DNA from: an uncultured Pseudomonadales bacterium
Lineage (GTDB): Bacteria; Pseudomonadota; Gammaproteobacteria; Pseudomonadales; Pseudohongiellaceae
Reading direction: 5' to 3'
DNA length: 64,000 nucleotides
NCBI GenBank assembly: GCA_905478195.1
Contig: CAJQHM010000001.1
Location: forward strand, 126 to 64,125
Shown: one piece after another, positions 47,299 through 57,923 of the stretch
Layout: each line of letters begins with the position of its first letter
Position numbering within the stretch: position 1 is the stretch's first letter
The notes under the pieces: model-generated
The model's database searches: none
What the model saw: only the letters and a program-made list of their open reading frames with translations
Told to the model about the DNA's origin: nothing
Program-made: the position numbers and the translations under genes

Positions 47299-48261
47299 CT
47301 AAATTTGCTCGCCGTGAGCCTGTTTATCCGCATGATAAGAAGATCTTACCAAAGGTCCACTGGCCACATGTTTAAACCCCAGGCTCTCACCATAGACGCG
47401 CAGCTCTTCGAATTCATCGGGATGGACGAAGCGCTCTACCTTAAGATGGTCTCTAGATGGCTGCAGGTACTGACCGAGAGTTACCATGTCAATGTTGTGC
47501 TCATAAAGATCGACCATGACTTGTTTCACTTCATCTAAAGTCTCGCCCAGCCCTAGCATCAAGCCAGACTTCGTTGTTACCTCTGGCTTCAGCGCTTTAT
47601 ATCTCTTAAGCAGTTCTAGCGACCAGGCATAATCTGCTCCCGGCCTGGCCTGCTTATATAATCTGGGTACGGTTTCAAGATTATGATTGAATACGTCAGG
47701 CGGACTGTCTTTGAGGATATCCAGTGCAATTTCCATCCTGCCACGAAAATCAGGCACTAGCACCTCAACCTTGATTTCAGGGTTTAATCTGCGTGTCTCG
47801 CTTATGCAATTAGCGAAATGCTGCGCCCCACTGTCTTTCAGGTCATCACGGTCTACCGAGGTGATCACCACATAACTCAGACCCATCTCACTGATGGCTG
47901 CAGCGAGTTCTGTCGGTTCATTCTCATACAGAGGCTTGGGTTTTCCATGAGCCACGTCGCAAAATGGGCAACGCCGAGTGCAGATGTCTCCCATAATCAT
48001 AAATGTCGCGGTGCCGTTACTAAAACATTCCCCAAGATTTGGACAGGAGGCTTCTTCACAGACCGATGCCAGTTTGTGCTCTCTTAGCTTCTGTTTAATG
48101 TGGTTTATTTTAGATGAGGCTGGGATTTTTACACGAATCCAATCTGGCTTAGTGAGAAGCTCAGTAGTCGGTATCACCTTCACCGGGATGCGACGAACTT
48201 TGTCAGCGCCTCGAAGCTTCTCACCTTCAACTAAAACGTTTCTTCGCTCTCTGTCAGCCAT
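47299..48261 (-). CDS. lipA: lipoyl synthase
   Basis: [12 protein letters not shown] auxiliary cluster and radical-SAM CTRRCPFC. Confidence 0.96.
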   Translation of the reverse strand: MADRERRNVLVEGEKLRGADKVRRIPVKVIPTTELLTKPDWIRVKIPASSKINHIKQKLREHKLASVCEEASCPNLGECFSNGTATFMIMGDICTRRCPFCDVAHGKPKPLYENEPTELAAAISEMGLSYVVITSVDRDDLKDSGAQHFANCISETRRLNPEIKVEVLVPDFRGRMEIALDILKDSPPDVFNHNLETVPRLYKQARPGADYAWSLELLKRYKALKPEVTTKSGLMLGLGETLDEVKQVMVDLYEHNIDMVTLGQYLQPSRDHLKVERFVHPDEFEELRVYGESLGFKHVASGPLVRSSYHADKQAHGEQI

Positions 48262-48277
48262 GTAGATAAATTCCCAC

Positions 48278-48976
48278 TCAATCGGATTCGTTGTATTCGA
48301 GATAGCCTAGCGCATTTAATAATTTGTTGCTGAGCACCCTGCTCACCCTCTGCATTAACATCTCAGTATCAGACACATAATCGGCAATCTGTGTAACCGC
48401 TAGGTTTTCAAAACCGCAGGGATTGATACGCGAAAATGGCTCCAAGTCCATCTGCACATTGAGGCTAAGCCCGTGATAGCTCCAGCCTCTGCGTATACGC
48501 AAACCCAAGGCAGCTATTTTAGCATCATTAACATAGACACCGGGAGCCTTCGCTTTGCCACTCGCCGCTATTCCAAATTCCTGCAAAGTCTGAATGATCG
48601 CCAGCTCAATGAGGTCAACGAGATCGCGCACGCCCATATTCCGGCGCCTGACATTCAGTAGCAGGTACACAACCAACTGGCCTGGGCCATGATAGGTTAC
48701 CTGACCACCTCGATCTATTTGAACTACGGGAATGGGAGCCGGATTTAAGACATGTTCAGCCTTTCCTGCCTGGCCCTGAGTAAAAACCGGCTTGTGACTC
48801 AGCAACCAGACTTCGTCAGCGCGATCCTTAGCAGCCTGCTCCACCAGATAACGCATAGACTTCCAGATAGGCTGATATTCTTGCAAACCCAGCCTGCGAA
48901 CGACTAAGGGTGGCTGCGCCTTATCTTCGCCCGACTTGGTTTCGGCTTTGAAGTGCTTATAGTCAGAGAGCAGCAC
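48278..48976 (-). CDS. lipB: octanoyltransferase
   Basis: [14 protein letters not shown].., [14 protein letters not shown] and the catalytic NPCG region. It is adjacent to lipA. Confidence 0.92.
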   Translation of the reverse strand: MLLSDYKHFKAETKSGEDKAQPPLVVRRLGLQEYQPIWKSMRYLVEQAAKDRADEVWLLSHKPVFTQGQAGKAEHVLNPAPIPVVQIDRGGQVTYHGPGQLVVYLLLNVRRRNMGVRDLVDLIELAIIQTLQEFGIAASGKAKAPGVYVNDAKIAALGLRIRRGWSYHGLSLNVQMDLEPFSRINPCGFENLAVTQIADYVSDTEMLMQRVSRVLSNKLLNALGYLEYNESD

Positions 48977-48977
48977 C

Positions 48978-49268
48978 CTATAGGACCATCTTCACACTTT
49001 CGATGGTTTTGAGGTCATTGAAGATGTTTTGCAGCTGATCTACGCCGGTAGCGGCGATCGTGATTCTTACAGAGACATACGTGCTTTTCTTACTGGGCTG
49101 TAATTCTATGAGATCTTCGGAGATCTTGCCGGTGTGCTTCTCAACTGTGGTAACAACTTCTTTATGAAATTCGATACTCGCCACACCAATAATTTTAATT
49201 GGGTATAGGCAAGGGAACTCTATTTTTGGCGCTTCTTGCTCTTCAGGTACATCTGGCTCTTGTGACAT
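48978..49268 (-). CDS. ybeD: YbeD (DUF493) family protein
   Basis: 96 aa from MSQEPDV..; FPCLYPIKIIG signature. Conserved position between dacA and lipB. The ORF-track start at 49367 overlaps dacA and is rejected. Confidence 0.8.
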   Translation of the reverse strand: MSQEPDVPEEQEAPKIEFPCLYPIKIIGVASIEFHKEVVTTVEKHTGKISEDLIELQPSKKSTYVSVRITIAATGVDQLQNIFNDLKTIESVKMVL

Positions 49269-49272
49269 ATGA

Positions 49273-50478
49273 CTAGCCCGAGAACATATTGCTGAATAGC
49301 AAGGTGATCCAGTCGACGAAACGTTTGAGTATACCGCCCTGCTCAACCGCCTGCATGGAGACCACATCCCCCTGATAGAGAATGTTATTGTCTAACACTA
49401 CCCGCACTTCCCCCATGATCTGTCTATCACTCAGCGGTGCTCTAATAATCTCGTCGACATCTACGGTTGCCGTCATCGATTCCGCCTGCCCTCGGGGGAT
49501 AGTAATATAGACCTCATCTTCGATCCCCAGATCTACCGCGTTTAACGCGCCGGAGTAAACCGGCACATTAGTTAGCACCTGATTGGAGTCATACAGCTTA
49601 TGGGTCTCGTAGTAACGAAACCCATAAGTCAGCAATTTTTGTGTCTCTATCGCTCTCGCTTCTTCACTTGCGGTTCCCATGACAACAGAAATCAGACGCA
49701 TACCGTCACGCTCGGCGGAGGCTACCAGACAGTAACCGGCGGCATCGGTCCACCCTGTCTTCATGCCATCGACGTTGCGGTCACGAAACAACAGTGTATT
49801 TCGATTCGATTGGCGGATATCGTTATAGGTAAACTCGCGCTCCGAATACATTGGATAGAACTGGGCATGTCGAGAGATCGTAGCCTGAGCCAGTTTCGCC
49901 AAATCTCGCGCGGACATAGTGTTGTAGTAGAGTTCGGTGTCCAGGCCGCTGGCATTCATAAAAAAAGTTTGCGACAGACCGAGAACCTCGGCGTACTGAT
50001 TCATCATGTCGGCAAAGGCTTCTTCACTACCGGCGATATGCTCCGCCATAGCTACGCTGGCATCGTTGCCAGACTGAATTATGATGCCGCGCAGCAAGTC
50101 TTCTACCTCAACCTGAGTATCCACACCAACGAACATCTTGGACCCTTCCATGCGCCAGGCTTTCTCACTGATGTGCACCTCGTCGGAGAGCGCAAGATTG
50201 CCACTTAAAATTTCTTCCGTGACTACGTAGGCGGTCATTATTTTAGTAAGGCTGGCAGGGGGAAGCGCTTCATCCGCATTCTCTTCAATAAGAACCTGGC
50301 CGGTCTTTGCATCCAAGAGAATATAGCTAGTAGCAGCGATCTCCGGCGGCCTTGGAATTATAGCCGGGGCCGCAACACTGAAATTACTGGCAAGCATGAA
50401 GACCACTAAAAGTAGCGTGAGCGCTCTCGATTGTGGCTGATTATTTTTAGGTAATGTTGCAATAGAAAAAGATGACAT
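49273..50478 (-). CDS. dacA: D-alanyl-D-alanine carboxypeptidase (PBP5/6 class)
   Basis: Signal peptide, SxxK (ASLTK), SxN (SGN) and KTG (MKTGWT) motifs, and a C-terminal amphipathic anchor. Start placed at MSSFSIA (50478). Confidence 0.9.
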   Translation of the reverse strand: MSSFSIATLPKNNQPQSRALTLLLVVFMLASNFSVAAPAIIPRPPEIAATSYILLDAKTGQVLIEENADEALPPASLTKIMTAYVVTEEILSGNLALSDEVHISEKAWRMEGSKMFVGVDTQVEVEDLLRGIIIQSGNDASVAMAEHIAGSEEAFADMMNQYAEVLGLSQTFFMNASGLDTELYYNTMSARDLAKLAQATISRHAQFYPMYSEREFTYNDIRQSNRNTLLFRDRNVDGMKTGWTDAAGYCLVASAERDGMRLISVVMGTASEEARAIETQKLLTYGFRYYETHKLYDSNQVLTNVPVYSGALNAVDLGIEDEVYITIPRGQAESMTATVDVDEIIRAPLSDRQIMGEVRVVLDNNILYQGDVVSMQAVEQGGILKRFVDWITLLFSNMFSG

Positions 50479-50579
50479 AAAAAATCCGTCTCGATTTAAA
50501 GTGTATTGAGTTGAGAAATGACGAATCAATTGATGAAACTGGTCGCGGCTGTAACTAAGGTATAGCGTAAGATTTATAG

Positions 50580-51446
50580 CTATTCAGTCACAGTGTACGG
50601 ACTTCCCAGGTTAGCAGCAACAACACTTTGGCTAACTCGTTGAATTTGACCAGGGTCAGAAATTGGGCCGACTCTAACTCGATGTAGTACTTTGTTATTC
50701 GATGTATTCACGGTACGAATAAACACGGGCAAACTGGTTATTTCTTCCACTTGGTTTGAGACTTTTTGCGCCGCACTTAGTTCCGAAAATGCTCCTACCT
50801 GCAGATATTTACTTGCGGTAGAACTTAACTGCAATGTCTCGACTGCGTTAGAGCTAGCGCCGCTGGTTCCACGGTCACGAGAGATTCCACTTGCGACTAC
50901 CGATTCTAATTGGACGCGGGCTGTTCCTCTATCCGCATAACCAAGCTTTAATGCCGCCGCGTAAGAGAGATCGACAATCCTGTCTCCGTGAAAAGGGCCT
51001 CTGTCATTCACCCTGACTATAATACTCCTGTTATTGTCCAGGTTTGTTACGCGCAAGAAACTGGGAATCGGCAAAGACTTGTGTGCGGCAGATACTTGAT
51101 ACATATCGAATACCTCACCATTGGACGTCTTGTGTCCGTGAAACTTTTCGCCATACCACGACGCTACACCCCTCTCGGAATATCCTTCTTCGGTGGGCAG
51201 AACACGGTAACTCTTACCCAGCACCGAATACGGACTGCGGTTGCCCGCCATTGTGCGGTTGAGAGGTTCTGGCACTACATCCGGAATTGCCGAGAGATCA
51301 ACGTTTCGTGTCGGCGCCCGATCCTGCTGTATGCTGTAACGGCCCTTATTTGGCGATTCAGGAGCCGGCGCAGGCGCCGAGCTGCAGGCCCATAAGGCCA
51401 ACAAAACCGGAGTGACAATCGACACCTTTAGTAAATTCGCATTCAT
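50580..51446 (-). CDS. rlpA: septal ring lytic transglycosylase RlpA (DPBB + SPOR domains)
   Basis: Lipobox LALWACS, a DPBB core (GVASWYG..FHGHKTSNGE..AAHKSLP..VRVNDRGPF) and a C-terminal SPOR domain (YLQVGAFS..). Confidence 0.88.
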   Translation of the reverse strand: MNANLLKVSIVTPVLLALWACSSAPAPAPESPNKGRYSIQQDRAPTRNVDLSAIPDVVPEPLNRTMAGNRSPYSVLGKSYRVLPTEEGYSERGVASWYGEKFHGHKTSNGEVFDMYQVSAAHKSLPIPSFLRVTNLDNNRSIIVRVNDRGPFHGDRIVDLSYAAALKLGYADRGTARVQLESVVASGISRDRGTSGASSNAVETLQLSSTASKYLQVGAFSELSAAQKVSNQVEEITSLPVFIRTVNTSNNKVLHRVRVGPISDPGQIQRVSQSVVAANLGSPYTVTE

Positions 51447-51657
51447 TTGTTATTCCGTATGGATGTAATCACTAAATTGGCAGAATAACTGCCCTGCCAA
51501 AATAGCCTGAAAAATCAGTGACACCTGAAGGATAGCGTCCGATCTGACAATTCATTTAACCACTTCCGCGGATCTGAGCCGTTGATTAGCTTATATATAG
51601 TCTTTAAATTCCATTTCATCTACGCAAAAATTATTTAAACCCAATTATATCAGAGGC

Positions 51658-52806
51658 TTAGATAGATTTGCTGCGGCCATGAGTCTGAATTGACATTAAT
51701 AGACCAAATCCGATAAAAAGCGTGACAACCGACGTGCCCCCTCGACTCATTAGCGGCAGTGGTAGCCCGATGACAGGCAGCAGGCCCGAGACCATCGCCA
51801 TATTAACGAACACATAGAAGAAGAAGGTAAGCGTGATGCTACCGGCAAGCAGGCGGCTAAACATGTCGTTTGCAGCATAGGCGATGTAACTGCCTCGGAT
51901 GAGCACGAACAAGTACATCGAAATCAGAAACAATATACCCAGCAGGCCAAACTCCTCCGCCAACACCGCGAGAATGAAGTCAGTATTACTCTCAGGAATA
52001 AAGTCCAGATGAGACTGCGCGCCCTCACCGTAGCCCTTGCCATAGATACCGCCCGAGCCTATAGCGATCTGCGATTGAATAATATTGTAGCCGGCACCGG
52101 TAGGGTCTCTATAGGGATCCCAAAAAGTCAGTATCCTGTTCTTCTGGTGCCCCTGTGCCAGAAAGATGTACCAAGCAGGAGACGCTAGAAGCAGCGCTAT
52201 AAACCCTGCGATCACAATACGCCAGCGTATGCCTGCAAGTAATACCACAAAGATTCCCGACATAGTGACCATGATCGCCGTGCCGGTATCGTTCTGAACT
52301 ATTATCAAACCCGCCGGAACCAATATCATCACGGCAGACCAAAACAGATGCTTGAACCTCGGCGGCAGTGGCCGACTCGCGAGATACCAAGCCATCAGCA
52401 TGGGCACTACGAATTTCATTAGCTCCGAAGGTTGGAAACTAGGCAGGCCAGGTAGGTCCAGCCAACTCTTCGCCCCATTTGCCTCTACCCCAACTACCAA
52501 TACCAGAGCCAGGAGCGCAAGACCCGCAGCATAAAGCGTAGGCGCCCACTGTCGGAAGAAATGCACATTGAATTGCGCGACAATAAACATGACTACCAAA
52601 CCGACGATCATCGTTAGCGCCTGTCTTTGCACTACGGGGACATCGCCACCGCTTGCACTAAACAAGACTAAAAGACCGAACCCGCAGAGCAGGGAAATTC
52701 CAACTAGAAGCGGAGGGTCGGTATGGATGGTTCGCCAGATAGATTTATGGTATCTGGTCTTGGAATCGAGGCCATCGGATCGTCGTATGAAGTCTTGGCT
52801 ATTCAT
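51658..52806 (-). CDS. rodA: peptidoglycan glycosyltransferase RodA (SEDS family)
   Basis: 10-TM SEDS protein. LPSFQPSELMK, GLLPVIGLPLPLMSRGGTS. Its start at 52806 overlaps the mrdA stop by 8 nt. Confidence 0.92.
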   Translation of the reverse strand: MNSQDFIRRSDGLDSKTRYHKSIWRTIHTDPPLLVGISLLCGFGLLVLFSASGGDVPVVQRQALTMIVGLVVMFIVAQFNVHFFRQWAPTLYAAGLALLALVLVVGVEANGAKSWLDLPGLPSFQPSELMKFVVPMLMAWYLASRPLPPRFKHLFWSAVMILVPAGLIIVQNDTGTAIMVTMSGIFVVLLAGIRWRIVIAGFIALLLASPAWYIFLAQGHQKNRILTFWDPYRDPTGAGYNIIQSQIAIGSGGIYGKGYGEGAQSHLDFIPESNTDFILAVLAEEFGLLGILFLISMYLFVLIRGSYIAYAANDMFSRLLAGSITLTFFFYVFVNMAMVSGLLPVIGLPLPLMSRGGTSVVTLFIGFGLLMSIQTHGRSKSI

Positions 52807-54772
52807 CGACCAGTGAAAGCAGTTCATCGCCGCCGGAATTCAGGGCTTCGAAGTCAATTTGAAGAATATCCAGTAGGTAGGCATCTGTAACTGCCTTCGC
52901 AATGGGGCCAGCCACACTACTGCCGTGCTCGCCATTCTCTACGAATACAGCGATAGCGATCTGTGGCTTAATACTTGGGTTTTCTGCAGGCGCATAGGAT
53001 ATGAACAAGGCGTGATCCTTGTTTAGGTCTGACACATTGATGTCTTCACTCTGCATTATTGCCTGACTTATACCAACCACCTGCGCAGAGCCCGATTTAC
53101 CCGCCATCTTATAAGGCATCTCTCTATCAGCCATAGCTATGGCTTCATAGGCTGTTCCGTATTCACGAAACACGTCGTTATATGCGCGGTGCACAACCAT
53201 AGACATAGACTCTTCGATATAGCGCCAGTAGTCCGGATCATTCACCACGACATCGGCAACAGGGTCATTGATTACCGGCTCATAGGGCACACCGTCTACT
53301 GCTTTTAACATTCTTGGCTGAATCACCTTGCCTTTATTAGCCATAATCGAGGCAGCCGTCGCAAGCTGCAACGGTGTTGCCCACATATAACCCTGCCCTA
53401 TAGACGAATTAATTGTGTCACCCGGATACCAGGGCTCGCCTCTTGTCTCTCTCTTCCAGTCACGGGATGGCAGTACGCCGGTTCTTGCATAATTTATATC
53501 AACTGCAAAATTCTGGCCGAAACCAAACTGCGACATAAAACCGTGCATGGTATCAATGCCCATGCGGTTACCTAGATCGTAAAAGAATGTGTCACAAGAT
53601 TGATAGATTGCCTTCTGCAGATCTGTGTGACCATGCCCTCCTCCGATCGCAGTTCTCAGAGTGTAATCACCCCAGCGATAACTCACACCTGGTAAACGAA
53701 AATAGCCTGGATCCTCAATAGTAAACTCATAGTCAACCAGTTCATGATGCAGGCCACCCAATCCTAAAAACGGTTTAACAGTTGAGCCCGGTGGGTAGGG
53801 ATTCGTCGACCTATCGAAGAGCGGAGTGTTTATATTATCCGTAACCAGAACGCCATAGTTCTTGCTGCTTATTCCCGTCACGAAAAGGTTCGGGTCGAAG
53901 CCCGGCTTGCTAACCATCGCCAGGATACCGCCGGTGTTGGGGTCGATGGCAACCACAGCACCGCGAAAATCACCAAGCGCCGCCTCGGCTGCAGTTTGCA
54001 GCTGACTGTCTAAATACAAAGATATATTTTTACCCGCGATAGGGTCGGTACGATCAAGTCTACGCATGACCTGACCCCTATTGTTCTTCTCTACGATTTC
54101 ATAACCAACGGTTCCGTGCAGCAAGTCTTCGTAAGTTCTTTCTATTCCAGTTTTGCCAATATGGTTTGTACCGCCATAGTTCTCTCGCTCTTCATCGTCG
54201 AGAGAATCCAATTCGGCTCGATTGATTTCCGACACATAGCCAACCGAATGCGCCGTGAGCTCGGCTAAGGGGTATTGCCGAACAAACTGCGGCTCGATCG
54301 CCACACCCGGCAACTTATAACTATTAACCGCAACCCTGGATTTTTCCGCATCGCTAAGCACGTACCGAAGTGGCACCGAGGAAAATGGCACACGGTTTCT
54401 TCGCAGTCGATTGGCAAACTGCTCTCTCTCGTCATCGGACAAGTCGATTAATGTATCCAGATAGTCGAGAGTTACTTCTAGATCTTCTACCTGTTCATGC
54501 ACAATCGTTAAATTGAAAATCGGTTGGTTATCGGCAAGCAGCTTGCCTCTATTGTCGAAGATCAATCCTCGCGCCGGTGGCACATACTGAGAATGGAGTC
54601 GATTTCCATCAGATCTAGCGGAGAAATAGTCATACTGGGAGATCTGAAGATTGACTAATTTCATGATCAACGCAGCAAACAGCAACAGGACAAATACAGC
54701 AGCCACGACAAGACGGCGGCTGAACATCGCCCGCTCCGCCTCGTGATCTTTAAGCTGCCATTTTCCTGCCAT
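52799..54772 (-). CDS. mrdA: penicillin-binding protein 2 (elongasome transpeptidase)
   Basis: N-terminal TM anchor, SxxK (GSTVKPF) and KSG (GKSGSAQ). It lies upstream of rodA. Confidence 0.93.
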   Translation of the reverse strand: MAGKWQLKDHEAERAMFSRRLVVAAVFVLLLFAALIMKLVNLQISQYDYFSARSDGNRLHSQYVPPARGLIFDNRGKLLADNQPIFNLTIVHEQVEDLEVTLDYLDTLIDLSDDEREQFANRLRRNRVPFSSVPLRYVLSDAEKSRVAVNSYKLPGVAIEPQFVRQYPLAELTAHSVGYVSEINRAELDSLDDEERENYGGTNHIGKTGIERTYEDLLHGTVGYEIVEKNNRGQVMRRLDRTDPIAGKNISLYLDSQLQTAAEAALGDFRGAVVAIDPNTGGILAMVSKPGFDPNLFVTGISSKNYGVLVTDNINTPLFDRSTNPYPPGSTVKPFLGLGGLHHELVDYEFTIEDPGYFRLPGVSYRWGDYTLRTAIGGGHGHTDLQKAIYQSCDTFFYDLGNRMGIDTMHGFMSQFGFGQNFAVDINYARTGVLPSRDWKRETRGEPWYPGDTINSSIGQGYMWATPLQLATAASIMANKGKVIQPRMLKAVDGVPYEPVINDPVADVVVNDPDYWRYIEESMSMVVHRAYNDVFREYGTAYEAIAMADREMPYKMAGKSGSAQVVGISQAIMQSEDINVSDLNKDHALFISYAPAENPSIKPQIAIAVFVENGEHGSSVAGPIAKAVTDAYLLDILQIDFEALNSGGDELLSLVDE

Positions 54773-54984
54773 AATTGGTTTACCTAGCTACGCGCAGTAT
54801 CATCTAGTTTCATCGGCTAAGGAGTTCGCCGCTAAAGGTTTTGTCGCCCTTAGTTCTTCGACAACGCACAGTTAAAATAGTTTTGTTTTACGCGAAATTC
54901 ACCCGTATCTGAACAGTCTACCGCGTTTCACAGGTGTTTTTTAGTGATGCCCGTTGGAATTTCGCGCGTTTGGCGAACGCTGCT

Positions 54985-55455
54985 TTAGCTTCGATGGTAG
55001 GGATGTCCATTGATGATGCTAATAGCACGATAGAACTGCTCGGTAATCACTACGCGAACCAGAGGATGGGGAAGGGTCAATGCCGATAGTGACCAGCGCT
55101 CATTCGACCTGGCCAGGCATGATGCCCCCAGTCCATCGGGCCCACCGACGAGCAAGCTTAGATTGTCTCCCTCCTGTCGGAATTTTACTATTTTCCGCGC
55201 CAGGCTCTCGGTACTGAATGATTTGCCATCCACATCTAGCGCTACCACATAGTCACTGGAGGGAATCGCCGCTAGCAGCGCATCGCTTTCCTTCTGTATA
55301 CACTGGTCAATATTGCTGTTCTTGCTGCGCTTGGCCATGGGTATCTCAATCAGTGAAAAATCCAGATCGCTCTGCATTCGCTTCTCGTACTGCGCAACAC
55401 CCTCTTGCACCCAGGCCGGCATCTTTGTGCCCACGCTAAGAACCCTTACCTTCAC
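54985..55455 (-). CDS. rlmH: 23S rRNA (pseudouridine1915-N3)-methyltransferase RlmH
   Basis: 156-aa SPOUT fold, ..LLVGGPDGL.. and C-terminal ..GHPYHR. Confidence 0.92.
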   Translation of the reverse strand: MKVRVLSVGTKMPAWVQEGVAQYEKRMQSDLDFSLIEIPMAKRSKNSNIDQCIQKESDALLAAIPSSDYVVALDVDGKSFSTESLARKIVKFRQEGDNLSLLVGGPDGLGASCLARSNERWSLSALTLPHPLVRVVITEQFYRAISIINGHPYHRS

Positions 55456-55817
55456 GCCGCAGGATCTTCCGGTTCAGCCCTGTCTTGAGGCTTGGACTCA
55501 AAGTTCCAAAGTTCTTCAAGGTTATAAAGCGCACGCACTGGAGCCAACATCAAATGTACGACCACGTTGCCAAGGTCGACTAACACCCAATCTGCAGCGA
55601 GTTTACCCTCTACTCCCACCACTTCCTGCCCTGCGTCCTTAACAGATTTACTCACCGATTCTGCCAATGCTTTTAGGTGTGTACTTGAGGTGCCAGTCAC
55701 AATGACCATATAGTCCGTGATCGACGTCAATCTCTCGACATTAATACAGCGAATCGACTGACCTTTTACATCATCCAGTGCTTCTACAACCAATTCTGAC
55801 AATTCTGTACTCTTCAA
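55452..55817 (-). CDS. rsfS: ribosome silencing factor RsfS
   Basis: 121 aa with ITDYMVIVTGTSSTHLKA.. and WVLVDLGNVVVHLM. ATGA overlap with rlmH. Confidence 0.9.
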   Translation of the reverse strand: MKSTELSELVVEALDDVKGQSIRCINVERLTSITDYMVIVTGTSSTHLKALAESVSKSVKDAGQEVVGVEGKLAADWVLVDLGNVVVHLMLAPVRALYNLEELWNFESKPQDRAEPEDPAA

Positions 55818-55839
55818 ACTAAAGTCTCACTTATGTTTA

Positions 55840-56472
55840 CTAATCTTGATAGAGATTATTCTCATGTATATATTCAATGACCGCTGGGTCTAACTGAGCA
55901 GTCACATCCTCGCCTCGTGCTAGCTTTTTCCTAATCTGACTTGACGCCATATCGAATTCAAAATTTTCACAGTAGATAAATCTGCCCTGCGAACTCGATA
56001 ACATTTGCTCTGCCGTTTCGACCTTTCTCTCGCCACCTTGCACAGCCGCCAACGTTGCATCCGACAAGATCGCCCCGGGTCTCGCTAATACCAGCAGGTG
56101 ACATAGCTCGAATATCTGTTGCCATTCATGCCACTGCGGCAGGCTATTAAACGAATCGACACCCAACACAAACACTATGGTTTCGTGCTGCTTTCTGTAC
56201 TGAGTAAGCGTATCTACCGTGTAAGACACTCGATCTACTTGCAACTCGATAGTATCTATTTCTATTTGAGGATGGCCTGCCGTTGCTATCTCGAGCATCG
56301 CCAGTCGGTGCTCTGCTCGAGTATCAGGTATGGCCTTATGATTAGGCCTGTGACAGGGAACCATTTTTAGTCGGTGTGCGGACAAAAATTCCAGAGCATA
56401 ATTCGCCGCACTCACATGTCCCTTGTGCACCGGGTCAAACATTCCTCCAAGCACTACTAACGGCGAACTCAT
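55840..56472 (-). CDS. nadD: nicotinate-nucleotide adenylyltransferase
   Basis: [11 protein letters not shown] nucleotidyltransferase motif and a C-terminal ISSSQIR-like MASSQIRKK. Confidence 0.9.
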   Translation of the reverse strand: MSSPLVVLGGMFDPVHKGHVSAANYALEFLSAHRLKMVPCHRPNHKAIPDTRAEHRLAMLEIATAGHPQIEIDTIELQVDRVSYTVDTLTQYRKQHETIVFVLGVDSFNSLPQWHEWQQIFELCHLLVLARPGAILSDATLAAVQGGERKVETAEQMLSSSQGRFIYCENFEFDMASSQIRKKLARGEDVTAQLDPAVIEYIHENNLYQD

Positions 56473-57728
56473 TGTCGGATATGTCCGTCCCCCAACACGA
56501 TATACTTTTGCGAAGTAAGACCTTCCAAACCAACCGGCCCACGCGCATGCAGCTTGTCCGTTGAAATGCCTATCTCCGCACCTAAGCCATACTCAAACCC
56601 GTCTGCGAATCGGGTAGAGGCGTTAATCATCACCGAACTTGAGTCGACTTCGCGAAGAAATTGTTGCGCGCGAGTATAGTCCTCAGTCACGATTGATTCT
56701 GTATGTTGCGAGCTATAGGTGTTGATGTGATGAATTGCCGCATCCACATCGGCAACGATATTAATCGACAAGATCGGTGCCAGATATTCTGTAGCCCAAT
56801 CTTCCTCCGAAGCCACGTCGACTCCTGCCACCAATGCCCGAGTCTTCTCACAGCCACGAAGTTCTACGCCTTTCTCAAGCAATTGCGCGCACAGATCAGG
56901 CAGCACCTCGGGGGCTATCTTCTCGGCGACCAGAAGCGACTCCAATGTGCAGCAGGTGCCATAGCGCTGCGTCTTCGCGTTAATGACAATCAATGATGCT
57001 TTCTCGCAGTCGGCCTTGTCATCGATGTAGACATGACAGTTACCATCGAGATGCTTGATCACTGGCACTTTCGCATCAGCGCTAATTCTCGCAATCAGAC
57101 CCTTGCCACCACGGGGCACAATGACGTCCACAAATTCGGGCATTGTAATCAACAGGCCAACCGCATCTCGATCGGGTCTATCCAGAACCTGAACTACGTG
57201 CTCACTCAGCCCTGCCGCTTCCAAGCCTGTCTTGATACAGGCCGCTATCGCTTGATTCGAATGTATTGCCTCGGAACCACCACGTAAAATAGTCGCGTTG
57301 CCGGATTTAAGGCAGAGACTTGCTGCCTCGCAGGTCACATTGGGCCTGGATTCATAGATAATCCCTATTACTCCCAGAGGCACTCGCATCTTACCGACCT
57401 GAATGCCGCTGGGGCGATATTTGAGATCGGAGATGGCTCCGACAGGATCATCCAGAGCCGCTACTTGCCGCAGCCCCTCGATCATAGTGTCAATGCGCGC
57501 TGCGTTCAGCTCCAAGCGGTCGAGCAAGGCCGCATCCAAGCCCTTTCCCCTTCCCGCCTGCATATCTTGCTCGTTCGCCAGCATGAGCTGCTCTCGACTG
57601 GAATCGATGGCCTCGGCGACGGCTAAAAGCGCTGCATTTTTCTGGGCTGTACTGGCCTTCGCTATCTGGCGCGATGCTTCCCGCGCCTGGCGGCCCAGCT
57701 TTAGCATATAGTTTTCGATATCAGTCAT
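56469..57728 (-). CDS. proA: gamma-glutamyl phosphate reductase
   Basis: 419-aa ALDH-like protein with IYESRPNVT and the catalytic Cys context ..[17 protein letters not shown] overlap with nadD. Confidence 0.95.
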   Translation of the reverse strand: MTDIENYMLKLGRQAREASRQIAKASTAQKNAALLAVAEAIDSSREQLMLANEQDMQAGRGKGLDAALLDRLELNAARIDTMIEGLRQVAALDDPVGAISDLKYRPSGIQVGKMRVPLGVIGIIYESRPNVTCEAASLCLKSGNATILRGGSEAIHSNQAIAACIKTGLEAAGLSEHVVQVLDRPDRDAVGLLITMPEFVDVIVPRGGKGLIARISADAKVPVIKHLDGNCHVYIDDKADCEKASLIVINAKTQRYGTCCTLESLLVAEKIAPEVLPDLCAQLLEKGVELRGCEKTRALVAGVDVASEEDWATEYLAPILSINIVADVDAAIHHINTYSSQHTESIVTEDYTRAQQFLREVDSSSVMINASTRFADGFEYGLGAEIGISTDKLHARGPVGLEGLTSQKYIVLGDGHIRQ

Positions 57729-57923
57729 TTTTGCTTACTTCAAAATGGTATGTGCTCAAATTAATGGCCAAGAGAAGAAATTCATGGCCACTGACGCAGA
57801 AAGCTGCGAATTATAACCCAAATAACGCTGCTGGGGGTTGAATGCATGGATATAGCGTAGACAGGCGGCAACTCCAGCTATTATGCTCTATGGCTCAGTT
57901 TAAGCTCACAGTGGGTAGTACCA

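Noticed and set aside
49600-50208. 202-aa plus-strand ORF inside dacA
   Set aside because: It is antisense to a gene with intact SxxK/SxN/KTG motifs and has no motifs of its own.
50988-51395. 135-aa and 72-aa plus-strand ORFs inside rlpA
   Set aside because: They are shadow ORFs opposite a well-supported DPBB/SPOR protein.
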